Source: Curvularia clavata (taxonomy: Eukaryota). Taken from it: a stretch of 64,000 bases of DNA. The stretch lies in contig CP089278.1 of NCBI GenBank assembly GCA_023920165.1, positions 2,604,001-2,668,000 of the forward strand, given 5' to 3'. Positions within the stretch are counted from its first letter, which is position 1, and each line of letters opens with the position of its first letter. Below, piece by piece: positions 35,958-49,313 of the stretch. The translations under genes and the position numbers were made by a program. The notes beneath the pieces are model-generated. The model was not told the DNA's origin and did no database searches. It saw only the letters and a program-made list of their open reading frames with translations.

Positions 35958-37272
35958 ATGCCCAACGTCTTTGCAGTACCAGGTGCGTGAGGCGACTGCA
36001 GCAACACCCACTTCACCTACATCCAACGCAATCCATACTAACTCTGCCTTACTAGTCTTCTTTATTTGCTTCCGCGAATGTCTAGAAACTAGCATCATTG
36101 TTTCCGTTCTGCTTAGCTTCCTCAAGCAAACCTTAGGCCCCTCTCACGATGCTGCTGTCCACAAGCGACTCGTGCGCCAGGTCTGGTATGGCGTGGGAGC
36201 AGGCGTGCTCATCTGTCTGATCATCTGCGCCGGTGTGATTGGAACATTTTATACAGCGGGAAAAAACACCTTTGAGGCTGCGGAGAATATCTGGGAGGGG
36301 GTCTTCGGAATCCTGGCAAGCGTCATCATCACAATCATGGGCGCTGCTTTACTGCGCATTAGCAAGCTGCAGGACAAGTGGCGAGCAAAGATCTCCAAAG
36401 TGCTGGAGCAAAAGGACCTCGATCTGCCCGTCAAAGGTAAGTTGAAGCGATGGACGGAGAAATATGCCATGTTCATCTTGCCCTTCATCACGGTGCTTCG
36501 CGAGGGCATTGAAGCAGTGCTGTAAGTCAATGTCAATACCCTCACCTCAAGCCTTCTCTCGCTGAACAGAAATCCAGATTCATTGCAGGAGTCAGTCTCA
36601 GCGCTCCAGCGACAAGCTTTCCTCTCGCTGTCATTTGCGGCCTAGGTGCTGGCGCTTTGGTTGGCTTTCTCATCTACAAAGGTGGCAACAAGACCTCGTT
36701 GCAGATCTTCCTCGTGGTGTCCACCTGTTTCCTCTACCTTGTGGCTGCAGGCCTCTTTTCCAAGGGTGTCTGGAGTCTAGAGCAAGATGCGTGGGTTAAG
36801 CTCGCTGGAGAAGGTGCTGCTGAAGCTGGTTCAGGCCCTGGCAGCTATGACATTAGGAAAAGTGTTTGGCATGTAAACGTAAGTGTTGGTTTCGCGTTTC
36901 TTTAGAGCTATTATGCTAACTCTTGCGCTAAACAGTGTTGTTCTCCGCTAGAGAACGGTAGTGGCGGGTAAGCACATGTAGCTATTTCATCCCCAAGACC
37001 CTTGCTGACGATACGATAATAGTTGGGGAATTTTTAATTCTCTGCTCGGCTGGCAGAACAGTGCGACCTATGGCTCCGTCATCTCATACAACATGTACTG
37101 GATCGCCGTGATCATCGGCTTCCTCTATCTTGGCTGGAAAGAGAGCAAGGGTACCGCTTCCAACAACGTTGAGACTGCAAGCGAGGCATCCAGTGGAGAG
37201 CACGATGCCGCAAAGGAAAACAAGAGTGGGAGCGAGGGTGCGGGAATAAACACCGCAGTCCGCGAGATTTGA
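35958..37272 (+). CDS. FTR1: High-affinity iron permease (Ftr1/FtrA), multi-exon
   Basis: [19 protein letters not shown] and [10 protein letters not shown] (two RExxE motifs), [37 protein letters not shown] 37270-37272. Confidence 0.95.
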
Positions 37273-38283
37273 GTAAAAACCCCAAAGGTGTCCACGCAGA
37301 AACTCAGGTCCGCTTTCTACGGATTGCACCTATGCGATATTTGTTATCACGGGATTATATTGGGAGGCCTAGTCAGCACAGCCATACATATCGCCTCTCT
37401 AGAGAAGGCTTATCTCGTAAAAAACCGACGCTAATGCAGCCCAATATCCCAAACAGAACGCCGCAAAGGAGAAAACGAAAAAAATCCCCACACGTCCCCT
37501 GAAATACCAACAACAAATCTTCCGAGGAACATCAAACCGCGAGCGGATCTGTCGACGGTGCTAGTCAAGGGTAGCTATCGATATGTTTGCGCAAACCAAC
37601 GCGTGTCGTTCATGGTTTTCCTGTGGGTCTCTCTTCAATCGATTGCGATTCACGTTTGAGCATCCCGCGTTGGGAGCGTTTTGATTACTTTTCTCCCATC
37701 TCCGCACGCGTTTCTCCCATCTTTCATTCTCTTTCCCGCTAAGATGACATACCACTGTGAAGCTGAGACGACAAAAAGCGCGCTTACAAAGCTGCGGCTG
37801 ACGCATGCGCGCGTGCCATATATGACCAAAAGTAGCCACCTGAAGTTGTGTGTTCCTTTGGCGTGGCTGAGCTGTCTTTCTCCACCGCCATCTATTCTGG
37901 GAGGTCTCCCGTTTAAGATGAACACAGCCCTTGTATTAGGCTCCCTAGTGGGCGAGTTGAATTGATGCACAAATAAAACCAATTTTACTTAAGAAGCTGT
38001 GACTTCCCCCCATCCCACACGTTCCCTTCTCCACACGTATAGACCCTCTTCCCCTATTTTTGTTTTGTCTCTCTGACTCTGTCTGTCTTTGAACGGTTTC
38101 ATCAATCACTCGTTCGTTTTTTTGCATTGAGAGCAAACGAGCCTACACACGGACCCTCAGTCTCGCTGTCTGCCATTTAATAATCCACATCTAATCTTGT
38201 CGCCTTTGCTTTGAATATCTAGCGCAAGCATATTCTCCAATACCAAACCACCTGCACAAGACAAACACAACAAAAAGACAAAG

Positions 38284-38896
38284 ATGTACTCCAAAAACCT
38301 CCTTCTCGCCTTCATGGCATCCGCAGCAACCACCACCGTCGCTGAGTTCGCAATCATCACCACACCCGTACCCACCAACCTCGCCGTCCTCACAGATGTA
38401 CGTTTGTACTAAATTCCCCCCCACAACAACCAACTAGAAACTAACCAGCTCCACTCAGCTCTCCGGCTACAAATCCTCCATCCTTGCCCAAGTCTCCTCG
38501 GGCCTATCCTCCCTAACCGGCGACCCAGCAAACATCCGCAGCGCCTCATCCGCGCATGCAGGTCTCGCCTCCTTCGTCGCCACAGCCACGTACTCGATCC
38601 CACCCAAGGTGACCGATCTGACTGCCCTTGAAACCTTCTCCACCACACCAGTGTGGTACTCGGCGCTGCCGACCGACGTCAAGGCTTACTACGACAAGTT
38701 CAACAAGGGCGTCCAGGATCTCGTTGACCAGGCCATCCTGGGCGAGACTAAGAACGCAACTTCTGACGCCAGCGCAAAAGCGACGGGTGCGAGCTCGACT
38801 GGGAAGCCCCAGGAGACGGGAGCTGCCATGCAAAATACGGCCGGAATCATGGGCGCGGGTATTGCTGTCGCGTTTGCAGGTGTTATGGCTTTGTAG
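38284..38896 (+). CDS. Small secreted, probably GPI-anchored Ser/Thr/Ala-rich cell-wall protein; intron 38398-38458
   Basis: Signal peptide MYSKNLLLAFMASAATTTVA; 'PVWYSALPTDVKAYY' motif; TGAA omega-like site and hydrophobic C-terminal tail. Confidence 0.85.
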
Positions 38897-39608
38897 GCTG
38901 GGAGCCGCTGTTACGGATGGGTATGGATTCAGGATGTAACAGATCCTTGAATTATGGGATCAGGCTTGGGGGATGTTTGACGTGTTTCGGAGAATTTGGC
39001 CTTGTCCTTTTCTCTTTTTTTTCTCTCTAGATGCATGAGGTTCAGCCTCCTTTTACCTTTCACGACCTTCTCTGATGATGCATTTATTCTGGGCAGAAGC
39101 CCTTACCCCACTGCTATGGTCCATTCGTGTCACACTATTGAGAGTGCCAAGTGCCTTCGCGATTTTTCGTCTTATCTTCTCTGTAGTTGATTATTACGAG
39201 GACTATCAGAAGCTTCTCATCAGGATGCTGTGCCATGATGAGCTCTATAAGAGTTACAAGAGTGAACGAAGGGCAGAAAAGGAGGAAATATAAGAGAAGC
39301 GCATATACCGAGTGAAGACTCTGGTTAAAAAAAAGGAGAAGGCTATGGTGCCAGCGGCAAAGAGCCAAAATCGCCAGTGACTACAAGATCGCTAATGGAA
39401 GAAGATGTACGAAATATACTTTGACCAGGATACGTTATATAGCCCATCAGATGGGGCCGCCTGATCTTGCTGCGTACGATAGCAATTGTTGAGAGCTCGC
39501 CATATCGCAACTACGCCTCAACTCCAGGCTGGCCTTTGTAGCCTATTTACAGGCAGACACGGCTGCGTCATGTGGTAGAGCCTGTTGTCTTGTGTTTCAA
39601 GGCGAGGC

Positions 39609-40605
39609 TTACTGACTCTTCTTCGAGCCATTCTTCCTGGGCAGGCCTGCCAACCTCCTCGCCTCACGGTCGCCTTCGGCGAGCCATTGACTAGCTGTCT
39701 TCATCTGCACTCCGTTGATCCACTGCTTGATTAGCATGAATGGTAGTGATACCAGCATGAAAATCCAAGGAACGGTCGAGTCCATCTTGTTTGCGCGAGC
39801 CATCTCCATAGCAGCGGCCGAAAACGGGCTAGCGAAGAACATGGAGGGCTCGGGAGCTGCGGGCGAGCCAGGTTGGAGGGACGACGGGTTCTTGGGGTCT
39901 GAGAAGAGAGTAGGCGACAGATAGGGCGAGCTGAAGGACAGAAGATAGAGGGCGATGAAGAACATTTCGTTCATGGCGCATAGAGTGAAAAGAACTTTCT
40001 ACAGTGCTGTCAGCAGGTGAAATGTTAAGCTTTGGCGCATGTCGGGCGTACGTTGTTCGAGTAGTACTGCTTCAGCAGCCAGTTCCTGCTCTCATCGACA
40101 TTCTTGTGGCTGCGCGAACTGCCGCCCATGCTCAAGGTGGCATACATGTGCATGTAGTGGCTAGCCAGGTCCAGAGAAATCAACAGTTGGAACACGATGC
40201 TCCATCTGGGGAAGGCCTGTGCCAAAAAGACGAGCAGGCAGGTTGTTGTACATCTGTCTGTGACCATGTCCAACACAGCCCCAAACTTGGTGCTTTGTTC
40301 GTATCGGCGAGCTGCATAACCATCCAACGCATCCAGAAGGCAGGATACGCTGTAGAGCAGGGTACATGTACGTGGATGGAGGGGCATGTAGTAGAGCGAT
40401 GTTAGGGCGAGGACAACGCGCGAATAGCCTAGCAATCATTTAGTCAGTTATCTAGAGATTGGTAGTGATTTGGGAGAGTCGCCGCACCGATCAGGTTTGG
40501 GATGAAGAGAAATATGTTCTCATTAGAACCCTCGTGCTCTGCTCTTGCGGAACTTCCTGCTGCGCCGTTGCCATTGCCATTGACTTGCTGCTGAGCGGAT
40601 GCCAT
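39609..40605 (-). CDS. PIS1: Phosphatidylinositol synthase (CDP-alcohol phosphatidyltransferase), 3 exons
   Basis: ENIFLFIPNLIG|YSRV; LLDALDGYAARRYEQSTKFGAVLDMVTDR; DLASHYMHMY; CAMNEMFFIALY. Confidence 0.95.
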
Positions 40606-41307
40606 GATTGAGACGAGTATTTCTGTCGCACGATCTTGTCGCGTAGTCGCAAGCCCAACAGTTGTTTTATTGTGTAGCTTGTTGGCCAAGGGTTACCCCG
40701 CTGCGCTTGCTTCTAGGTGAAGCTGGAATGCCTGACCTGCTTACGCTCTGACGTATGAGGCGGCAGAGGTGAGTGAAGGAGTAACGTGTGGCGACCGGTA
40801 ACTCGGTGACTGTTTATACGTGGATGCAAAAGGCCGGAGAAGACGCGTTAGTGGTGGGACGACGTGTGTTGGTAGTGAGGCCGGTGAAGCTGAGCGGGTC
40901 CAGGCCAGAAAGTTGTCGAACGTTCAAGTCGCCGCCGATAAGCCGATAACGAACCTCTGGGCTGCAGGAACTACAAGGGTCAGAAAAGGTAGCGTTGTGG
41001 GACGAGCCGCCGCAAAAGCAAAGTGAAGGCGTGCAAGCGTTTGTGAGATAGAGAGTGTGTGTACGTGTCAAGAGGAAGCGAAGAGATGCGAGTTTGCAGT
41101 ACTTGGAAATTGAGCGCCAGAATTCCTTCGCCATTTCGTCCGTCAGGTCCCGGCTACCCGCCTAGCCAGAAAGGGGCTTGCTTGGCATATGAGGTCAAAC
41201 GCACATCAGCCCCATCGCTAGGCCGATCATGCCGTGTGGAGGCAGTGCTATTGTGCATAGAAGAAGTGAATTATCTGTACACAAGCTAAAGATTAAACGC
41301 CAACTAT

Positions 41308-43806
41308 TTAGTCTTTGAAGCCCTTGAAGCTCGACTTGGCCGCAATCTTCTTGGACTTGTTCTTCATCTTGGCCTGCTTCTCCTTCGCCTTGCTTGTGCT
41401 GAGACCACGATCCACCTTGCCCTTCTTCCACTGTTTGCCTTCAGTGCGGACATCCTTTGCTTCGAGCTTCTTCCTGTCCTTGCCGCTGAGCTTCTTCTTC
41501 TTATCCTTGCCCTTGCCCGCTCCCCCAGCAGGCCCATTGAGCGCCGCTGCACCCCTCTCCTTTTCAGCCAATTTTTCCTTCTCCGACTCAAACCATGTGC
41601 GTCTCGGCCGAGCCTTGATCTCATCTTCGTGCACAATCAGATTTTCACCGCGCTTGAGATCACGCTCCGTGACACTCAAAGCTCGCTCTTCTTTCTCTTC
41701 TGCCAAAACCTCTTCAATCTCACTTTCCAGACTCTTGATCTTCTTCATCCACCTTTCTGTCTCTTCTGCTGGGACTTGACGGCTGACCACCTTGGCGCCT
41801 TGCTCACGCGATGCCTTGACGGCCTGTTTGACAACTTTGCGATCAGGCTCTGCAGCAAGCGTACACGCTCGACCGCTTCGTCCAGCACGAGCCGTACGAC
41901 CGACACGATGCAGGTAAATCTCATGAGTTTGAGGTGCTTCATAGTTGATGACTGTTGACACGTTCTTGATATCAAGACCACGCGAGGCGACGTCAGTTGC
42001 AAGCAGGTAATCTGACTTGCCGGAACGGAACGCCTCAACGGCTTGAATACGCTATGGAATAGTCAGCATTGTAACAGGTCTGTTGTAAGGAGGAGAACTT
42101 GCCTGTTCTTGACTCATATTACCGTGAAGTTCGCTTGCCTTGAGTCCGCAGAGTGCAAATACAACGCGGACTCTGTGTGCCTCTTTCTTTTGCCTGAAGA
42201 AAATAATGACCTTCTCAGTGTAGATCTTTTCACAAATGTACATCAAATATGCGAGCCTCTTGTCTTCTTTGCCTTGCCTCAACCGCACAAACTCTTGTGT
42301 CAACCCCTTGACGGTCTGTTTCTTGGAATCTACCATGAGCCGCACAGGCTTGTCCATGCCAATTCGAATCAGCTTGTCGACTGAACTCGTCATGGTAGCG
42401 GAGAAAAGCATTGTCTGGCGTGATTTGGGGATGGTGGTCAAGATCTCGTTCAGCTGGCTCTCGAAACCCTCTTCTAGCATGCGGTCGGCCTCATCGAGAA
42501 CAAGAATTTCAAGATGTTCCACCTGGAAAGCAGCCGTGTTGTGCATGTGGTCGATGAAACGACCAGGTGTTGCAATGACGACGTCTGGCCTCGTTTTCAA
42601 CACAGCCTCTTGCTCACGGGAGGAGAAACCACCAGCCATCAACGCGAAGGTAATGTCGGTGAATGATGCGAGTTTCGTGGCGACGTTGAAACATTGTACC
42701 GCCAATTCACGGGTAGGCATAAAGATGGCGACACGCGTAGTTGGAACCTTTTTGGGGCGGTACAGAAGACGCTCAAGAATGGGAATAAGGAAAGCAGCTG
42801 TTTTACCGGAACCGGTCTCAGCACCACCAACAACGTCTTTTCCCTGCATAGCAATGGGGACTGCCTTGCTCTGAATTGGAGTTGGCTCCGTGAAGCCCAC
42901 AGAGGCCAGACCCCGCAGAATAGGTCGCGAGAGTGACATGGCTTGGAATGAGCCCATACCGCCTTTTGCGCCTTTTTTCTTCTTGATGTTAACACTTTCT
43001 TCCGGTGCGAAGAAAGCAGCTGCCTTTCTGGCCTCGACGGCGTCCTCTTCCTCGCTTGCATCCTCGTCTTCTGTCTCCGCACCCTCAAGATCCATAGGAT
43101 GCGGCACGTGCGGCGCCTCTTCTTCGTCGTCGTCGTCCGAGCCATTCTCATCTTCCGAATCTTTGTTTTTCCTGTCTTCTTCGTTGTCTGAAACATCCTC
43201 TTCGTCCTCGTCATCTTCAGAGTCGCTAGGAGCACCCATTCCGAAGCCGTCTTCTGCCATCAGCTCATCGTCGGAGCCAAAGCCCTCAAAGTCACCGTTG
43301 ACCGAGCCATCTGAGGATTCTAATTCGACAGCCTCCTGCGCCTTCTTCTTATTCCGCCTGCGCTCGATGATCTCGTCGACGTCTACCGCGGTGCTCTTCT
43401 TTCCAGACTCTTGCGCAACTGTGCCATTGTCGTTGCCCCAGCCGTCGAACTCCTCAACAAATCCAGTATCTATGTCGCCGACAGCGAACTCGAAGTCGCT
43501 GGCAATGTCGTCGTTTTGATCCACGTCCTCGCCCGGCTGCGGCATTGCGTTGTCGTCCTCATCGTCTTCAGGCTCTGATTCAGGCGCAGCCTGTTTCCCT
43601 TTCTTCCCTTTCTTCTTTTCCTTTTTTGCCTTCTTCGAGGCGACCTCCTTGGGCCTAACATTAAGGTCCGGGTCCTCTGTGTACTTCCTCTTCTTGCCGG
43701 CGCCTGCTAGTTTCGCAACAGCAGAGTCGTCGGCACCGCCGTCGTCGGACACATCGTCATGGTCGGAGATTGTGAAGATGAAATCGTCATCGATTTTTGG
43801 CGCCAT
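41308..43806 (-). CDS. DRS1: DEAD-box RNA helicase Drs1/DDX27 (60S biogenesis); GC-AG intron 42052-42102
   Basis: Q motif [45 protein letters not shown]-terminal [11 protein letters not shown]-terminal [10 protein letters not shown]. Confidence 0.95.
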
Positions 43807-44391
43807 GGCTCTGACGGCGAGGAATTGCAGTGAAATTGTCGCGTGCGTACAAATTTCACAAGTCGCAAGCAGTCGCAGAAAAAGTTCGGCCCCGGAGAAT
43901 CTGTGCTGCCAGACCCCTGCAAGCCAAAGTGGGGCGCGACTTCCGCCGCCACTAGCGCGTCTCTGGCCCAGGCATCAGAGAGACACAGGCTTGACTTCTG
44001 CCCTACAATAAAATGACTGGACTCGACGATACGGAATGACGAACGCCACAGAGAAAAACATGGCTAGTGTCTCAAGCTGCTGCCTTGATCAGAGCCGTTA
44101 GGCTCAATCATCTCGTTTTTGAAGTTCACATTTACTGAACAAACGGAAGCTCACTGGCCAACCCGGTTACCGTATTCAGGAACCAGGCTGACATGCCTTG
44201 TCGATTGGGTAGGCACAAGGCTGCCGTATAGCCTTGAGCTATTACTACTGGAAAGGACCTCAGTTCATATATATCTAGCCTTGTCATTTGCAATCACCAT
44301 TTCCAACCCTTCTTCAAAACAACCACCAAGAATCTCATACCTTTGTAAATGCATAGACTTCCATTCTAGTACCTAATCCTACTTATACAAG

Positions 44392-45451
44392 ATGACACGC
44401 CCAGTAGCAAGACATTCAGCTACCAAAAGCGACTCATCCAACACACGCGTCCTGCGCTCTCATACTAAACTGGCAAGCCAAGCAGCAAAACCAGCCCGTC
44501 CTCACATAGCCATACGAAAGCGGCGTTCAAATGCCGATCCATGGACCAAGAAGCGCAAGCGAAACCCCAACCCAAAGCCACGCATACTATCTACCCACTT
44601 CACCTGTCGGATATGCATCGAAGAGAAACCTGCCGCCCAGTTCATTCAGTGGGTACCACTCCGGCGTAGAAGAAGACAACATCTGGACGTTCCCCCAAAC
44701 TGCATACCCCATCTCGCCCGCACCCCAAACAAGAAGAAAATCGACCCCGTATGCAAGTCCTGCGTCGGTAATACCATGTCCGCAGTACTAGACACCCTCG
44801 GCGTTCGCCAAGTAGGCGTAGGTTGTCTGGAACCCGGGTGCACGGAGCCATGGAGCCATGAATTCATCATACGCTACATGCCCAGTGGTGCGCCCCTAGA
44901 AAAATACAATATCGAAATGTTTCAGTTATGGAAGGAAACTGCAGATCCAGGACCAATGACTTGCCTATCGCCAGGCTGCAATGCTATCGGTTTACCAGAC
45001 CATCTAGCAGCTGGGTATCCGCAAGTGGCTTGTAATGCCTGTTCCTTCCGCTCCTGCGCCCAGTGCCGTGTCCCTTGGCACAAGGACGTCACATGTTCAG
45101 AATACATGGCAAAGCATATCAACGACGAGATGAGCGACGTCGAGAAACACACGCTCAAAATCATGCAGTCCAAGGACGCAAAACGGTGTCCTCACTGCCA
45201 AATGGTAGTAGAAAAGGACGGTGGCTGCAATAGCATGGTAAGACGTCTTCCTAATCCCCAGAACTCTTTGGATTAGACATACTAATGCAGTACTCGTCTA
45301 GTTCTGCGGTGGCTGCCATAAATATTTCAACTGGGCAAGTGCTGCTTCTGCCATAGCAGGGGCAAAGAAACCAGAAGTGCATTTTATTCGCACACTGCCT
45401 CATTACACAAACTATGGTCCTTACACTTGCGAGGCAGATGGTGTTGTCTAA
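44392..45451 (+). CDS. RBR/IBR-domain (RING-between-RING) E3 ligase-like protein; intron 45238-45301
   Basis: CRIC...CKSC...CLEPGC (RING1-like); CLSPGC...CNAC...CAQCRVPWH...C (IBR); KRCPHC...EKDGGCNSM|FCGGCHKYFNW (Rcat-like); TAA 45449-45451. Confidence 0.85.
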
Positions 45452-46284
45452 GACCAGTTATTTCCCTGGAACTATGACTCTTTGTTGTGAGGTACATATG
45501 CTGTTGGTTCCTAGAAAGACAATTGAAAAATGTCGAGCTGTTCAGAATATCAAAGAGCGCGCGTCTCTCCAAACTCAACACTCGAGAATCTCCATGTTTG
45601 TGACTTGATTGGGGCTTTGGGGTTTCAAATATTTGTAAATTTGGGTTGTACGGACCCACGAAAATTATGTACAGAAACCCATTTCCTAGGCTTGCTGCTG
45701 CTGACGCCACTGAAAACACCGCCCACACACCCGTCTTCGCATGTACCCCGGCTACCTGCCATTATGCGAGGCGTTGAAAAGCAAATTCGCTCCCACCTTC
45801 GAGCAAATGAAAAAGAAGCACTAAAACATCGTTGCATGCTTGCGCGCGAGCTGCGGCCGCATATCTCGCAAACGCCATCCGATGCTTTCTGAACGCCATA
45901 TTGAAACGCCAAACACAGTGCAGAGTGTGGAAAAATTACTGTCAAATGGGGGTGACCAACCTCTTTTGTAGTGTCATTTTTATGCGCACCGATGCGCTTT
46001 TTTCCTACTTTTTTTGGCTGGTTTTCTTGTTAGAGACCTTCGGCAGCACAGATACGCACCTGGGGCGACATCGGGTCACCGTTACAGAGGTATGTGCGTG
46101 CTCATCGAGTAGACATAGCGTCTCGTCAGAAGGCTAACTCGATAACAAGCTGGATCTTTAGTTGCGCAAAGGGATGCGACCGGAACTGGATGATTGTGAA
46201 ACGTCAGAACCCCCGAGAATATCAAATGAATCAAAGAGAGAAAGAAAATGTAGCGAACATATGCAAGCTGAGCTGAAACAGAAC

Positions 46285-48269
46285 CTATGCTGCTGTCGGA
46301 GTAGGGACTCCATTGGCAGCAAGCTCGGCTTGTTGGCGCTTCGCTGCGGAATGCTCGCTGTCCTGTATTAGCACAATTGTCAGCGTTTATATCTAAGATT
46401 ACCTCCCAGGCACCAGTGAGCGCTGGGAGGATTTGGAAAGGCGTTCTTCACGCACGTCAAGGCCGGTATCGGCGAAGTGGCGCTTAGCACTTTTCGCGTC
46501 CTTCTTCTTTTTGTCTTTGCTAGACTTCTTCGGTCGCGTTTCGTCTGGCAGGAATACATCGTCAGGAAGCGAAGTGCTAACTTGATTAGCGAGTAATAAA
46601 GTAACGACATCTAAGCAACTTACTAGCGGGTGTGAACCACCTTGACAGACATCAACTTTTCATCATAAAGGTCTGAGTCCGTGATGTAGCTCTTGAACTG
46701 GCTGACAGGGTAAGAGATATCCAGCGACTTGGCGCCCTCTGTAGAGACGGTAAGCAAGATGAGCAACAAAGCATACAACGCAATTCGGCATACCTGGAGG
46801 CAGGGTGAGACCAATATAGAAGGTCGTAGTGTAGAAGATCTTGGTGCCGTCGTCGGCTGGCGCAGAGCCATCTGCAGGCACTTCTGATGCCGGGATCATG
46901 TAATCAAGGGAACCCTGAGCGACTTCGGCGAACTGTTCGTCCTTGCAACGATGATATCGTTCAAAGTAGTTAGTGTATGGACGTGCAGTTTCGATACCCG
47001 TCTGTCCATCATCGATTCCTTTGACGATGTGACGAATTTTCGACTGTACCAGGCCGGAGAATGTGGAGTTCGCCTCCTTGGTCCGACTTGCAGCAACAAC
47101 GCTCAAGTAGTATTTATGGTCCTTGGTGAAGAAGGAGTGTCGCTCAAATAGTGCATTCCAGTCCGATGTTCCAGCGAAGATGCGCTGCATGATCTTATCC
47201 GCTCGTTTGAACTCGTCCAACATGATACGCAGGGTTGATGGCATGACAGTATGTGTGGCGCACATGGAGGGGAATGCAGGCGTAATTATGGGCATAAGAT
47301 GTGCCCTGTCCCCACCATATACCAATGGGTTCCATACCCGCAGTCCAAGATCACCTTCCTCAATATGCTTTAACATAACCGGCCTGGGCCAGTTCCACTT
47401 ATACATCAGGCTGAAGAACTTGGAAACAATGGTAGCACCATTTGCCATGGGATAGAGTTGGCAAATACGAGCAACCATGATAGCCCACGCAACGCCACCC
47501 GGATATCCAAAGACAGCCCCGTAGATGCCTCGGCGGTTGGACCACAATTTGATAGCCCTCAGTGCATGGCGGAAGCTGACTTTCTGGGGAACCGCATCCA
47601 GCAGCTCGTTGGTGACTCGTGTGCCGTTGACGCTTCGCGTTTCCGATTCTCCCAGGCCTTGTAGATCTTTCTTCTCGATGGTGTCCATGTTTCGGGGTAT
47701 CGATGGCCGCTTTCGCAACGATGCGAACAGCAAGTCAATACTGACTTGTCTGTACTCCATCTTGATGATTGGTACAAAGGCGTCTTCGACGGGCACGAAC
47801 TCGTTGATGTCGTCGACATTGGACATTTCTCTAAAGGTTGGGGGGAAGCAGTCGAAGAACTCATGGACGGCGATAAACTTAGGTGCGACTACGAGCGTAT
47901 CGATATCGGATGACGGGCCATGAACACCTAGAGCGTAACTACCAAATGTGAAGACCTTGCCGCCCGCAGCGTCAATGACAGACTGCTGCACACCTTTCTT
48001 CTTGCCGACGCGACGGATGAATTCTTCGACGACTTTCTGGATATGCTCGATCACTTCTTCCCTGTATCGCGTCAGCTGGGCAATCCTGTTTCTCAGACAG
48101 ATAACAGAACGTACCTCCTCCGGTTGCCTTCGGGGGTCTCGAAGACATTCTCCGCCTTGAGGGTTTCGATAAGCTTGTCGTTCAGCCCGATATCATGTTC
48201 GGTAGGCGCTGCCTCCGAAATGGCGTTGGTGACGCCAAATGAGCGAGACGGCTTCTTCTGGTCGTCCAT
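46285..48269 (-). CDS. PAP1: Canonical poly(A) polymerase, 5 exons
   Basis: FGVT..IS N-terminus, FTFGSYALGVHGPSSDIDTL, VEDAFVPIIKM, RSVNGTRVT, GYPGGVAWA, MPIITPAFPSMCATH; last exon DSEHSAAKRQQ...TAA* (TAG 46285-46287). Confidence 0.95.
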
Positions 48270-48614
48270 GGTTGGCGTGATAGGCAGGGTGTGGGGAGTC
48301 GCGCAGGTTCGGGGGTGCTGCGGCAGGCTGGCGGTTGGAGTATCACAGGAAACGAAGCGCGTGTCGGAGCGGATTGTCGTGAGAGACGGCTGGTTTGGAG
48401 GATTATGGTGGTGTAATCAGCGCTCCCACATGGCGACGCGACTTTGTTTGCTTTGGCGTTTGGCGAAGGAAATGCGACATCAGAAGTCCAGGACGCATCC
48501 GCACTGACCTGTCTCGGGGACAAGTCGTTGCCAAGCCGCTAATACGCCATTGCAGCTTGACCCAGGAACGGTCCGGCATATCGGCTACTGCAACACCATT
48601 TCCATGCCCTTTAC

Positions 48615-49259
48615 ATGACGAAGCAGCTATCACATAAAAGTGCCCTGGTGCTGCTGCCTCCACCAGGCATCGTTGAACCCATCGAGGCAGTACGACGGGT
48701 CTACGACCGACAGTTTTTCCGATGGCCTCCCCATATCAACTTGCTGTATCCCTTCCTATTATCACCTTCTGAGTCAGGAAGACTACAGTCCGACATCCGC
48801 ATGCGCATTGAGAAAGTGACACAAAACATACAACCTTTCCACATGGCGCTCAGGGCAGATCCACCTGGTGTTTTCCACCATAGCAAGACGAGTAAGACTG
48901 TCTGGCTTGGTCCTACCACTCGTAGCGTACGAGAACTTCAGGCAGCTCTGCAATACGAGTTCTTTAGGGGCGTACCTGACTGTAACCGCCGCCCTTTCAG
49001 GCCTCATATTTCTATAGGACAAGCAAAGAGTCATGATGCAGCAGATCACCTAAGCGCGGAAATTACAAAGAGCATCTCTGAGTTCGTTGCCCGGAACACA
49101 AATGTAAATGGGGGTGATAGACCTGCAGAACTGGGCTGGCTTGTCGACCAAGTACATGTCATCGAACGAAAAGGCGACAAAGATCGCTTCAAGATTATCG
49201 GGACTATACGATTAGGGGAACCTAGTGCAAGTACGCAACAAGTAGCTTCCGATACTTAG
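48615..49259 (+). CDS. 2H phosphoesterase (2'-5' RNA ligase/LigT superfamily, LENG9-like)
   Basis: HKSALVLLPP, RWPPHINLLYPF and RPFRPHISIGQ give two Hx(N/S) motifs; intronless, 214 aa. Confidence 0.85.
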   Translation: MTKQLSHKSALVLLPPPGIVEPIEAVRRVYDRQFFRWPPHINLLYPFLLSPSESGRLQSDIRMRIEKVTQNIQPFHMALRADPPGVFHHSKTSKTVWLGPTTRSVRELQAALQYEFFRGVPDCNRRPFRPHISIGQAKSHDAADHLSAEITKSISEFVARNTNVNGGDRPAELGWLVDQVHVIERKGDKDRFKIIGTIRLGEPSASTQQVASDT

Positions 49260-49313
49260 TTCGGTCGAGTTCGTATCAAAGCGAGCTGGACCAAGTAGGA
49301 TTCATACTTCATA

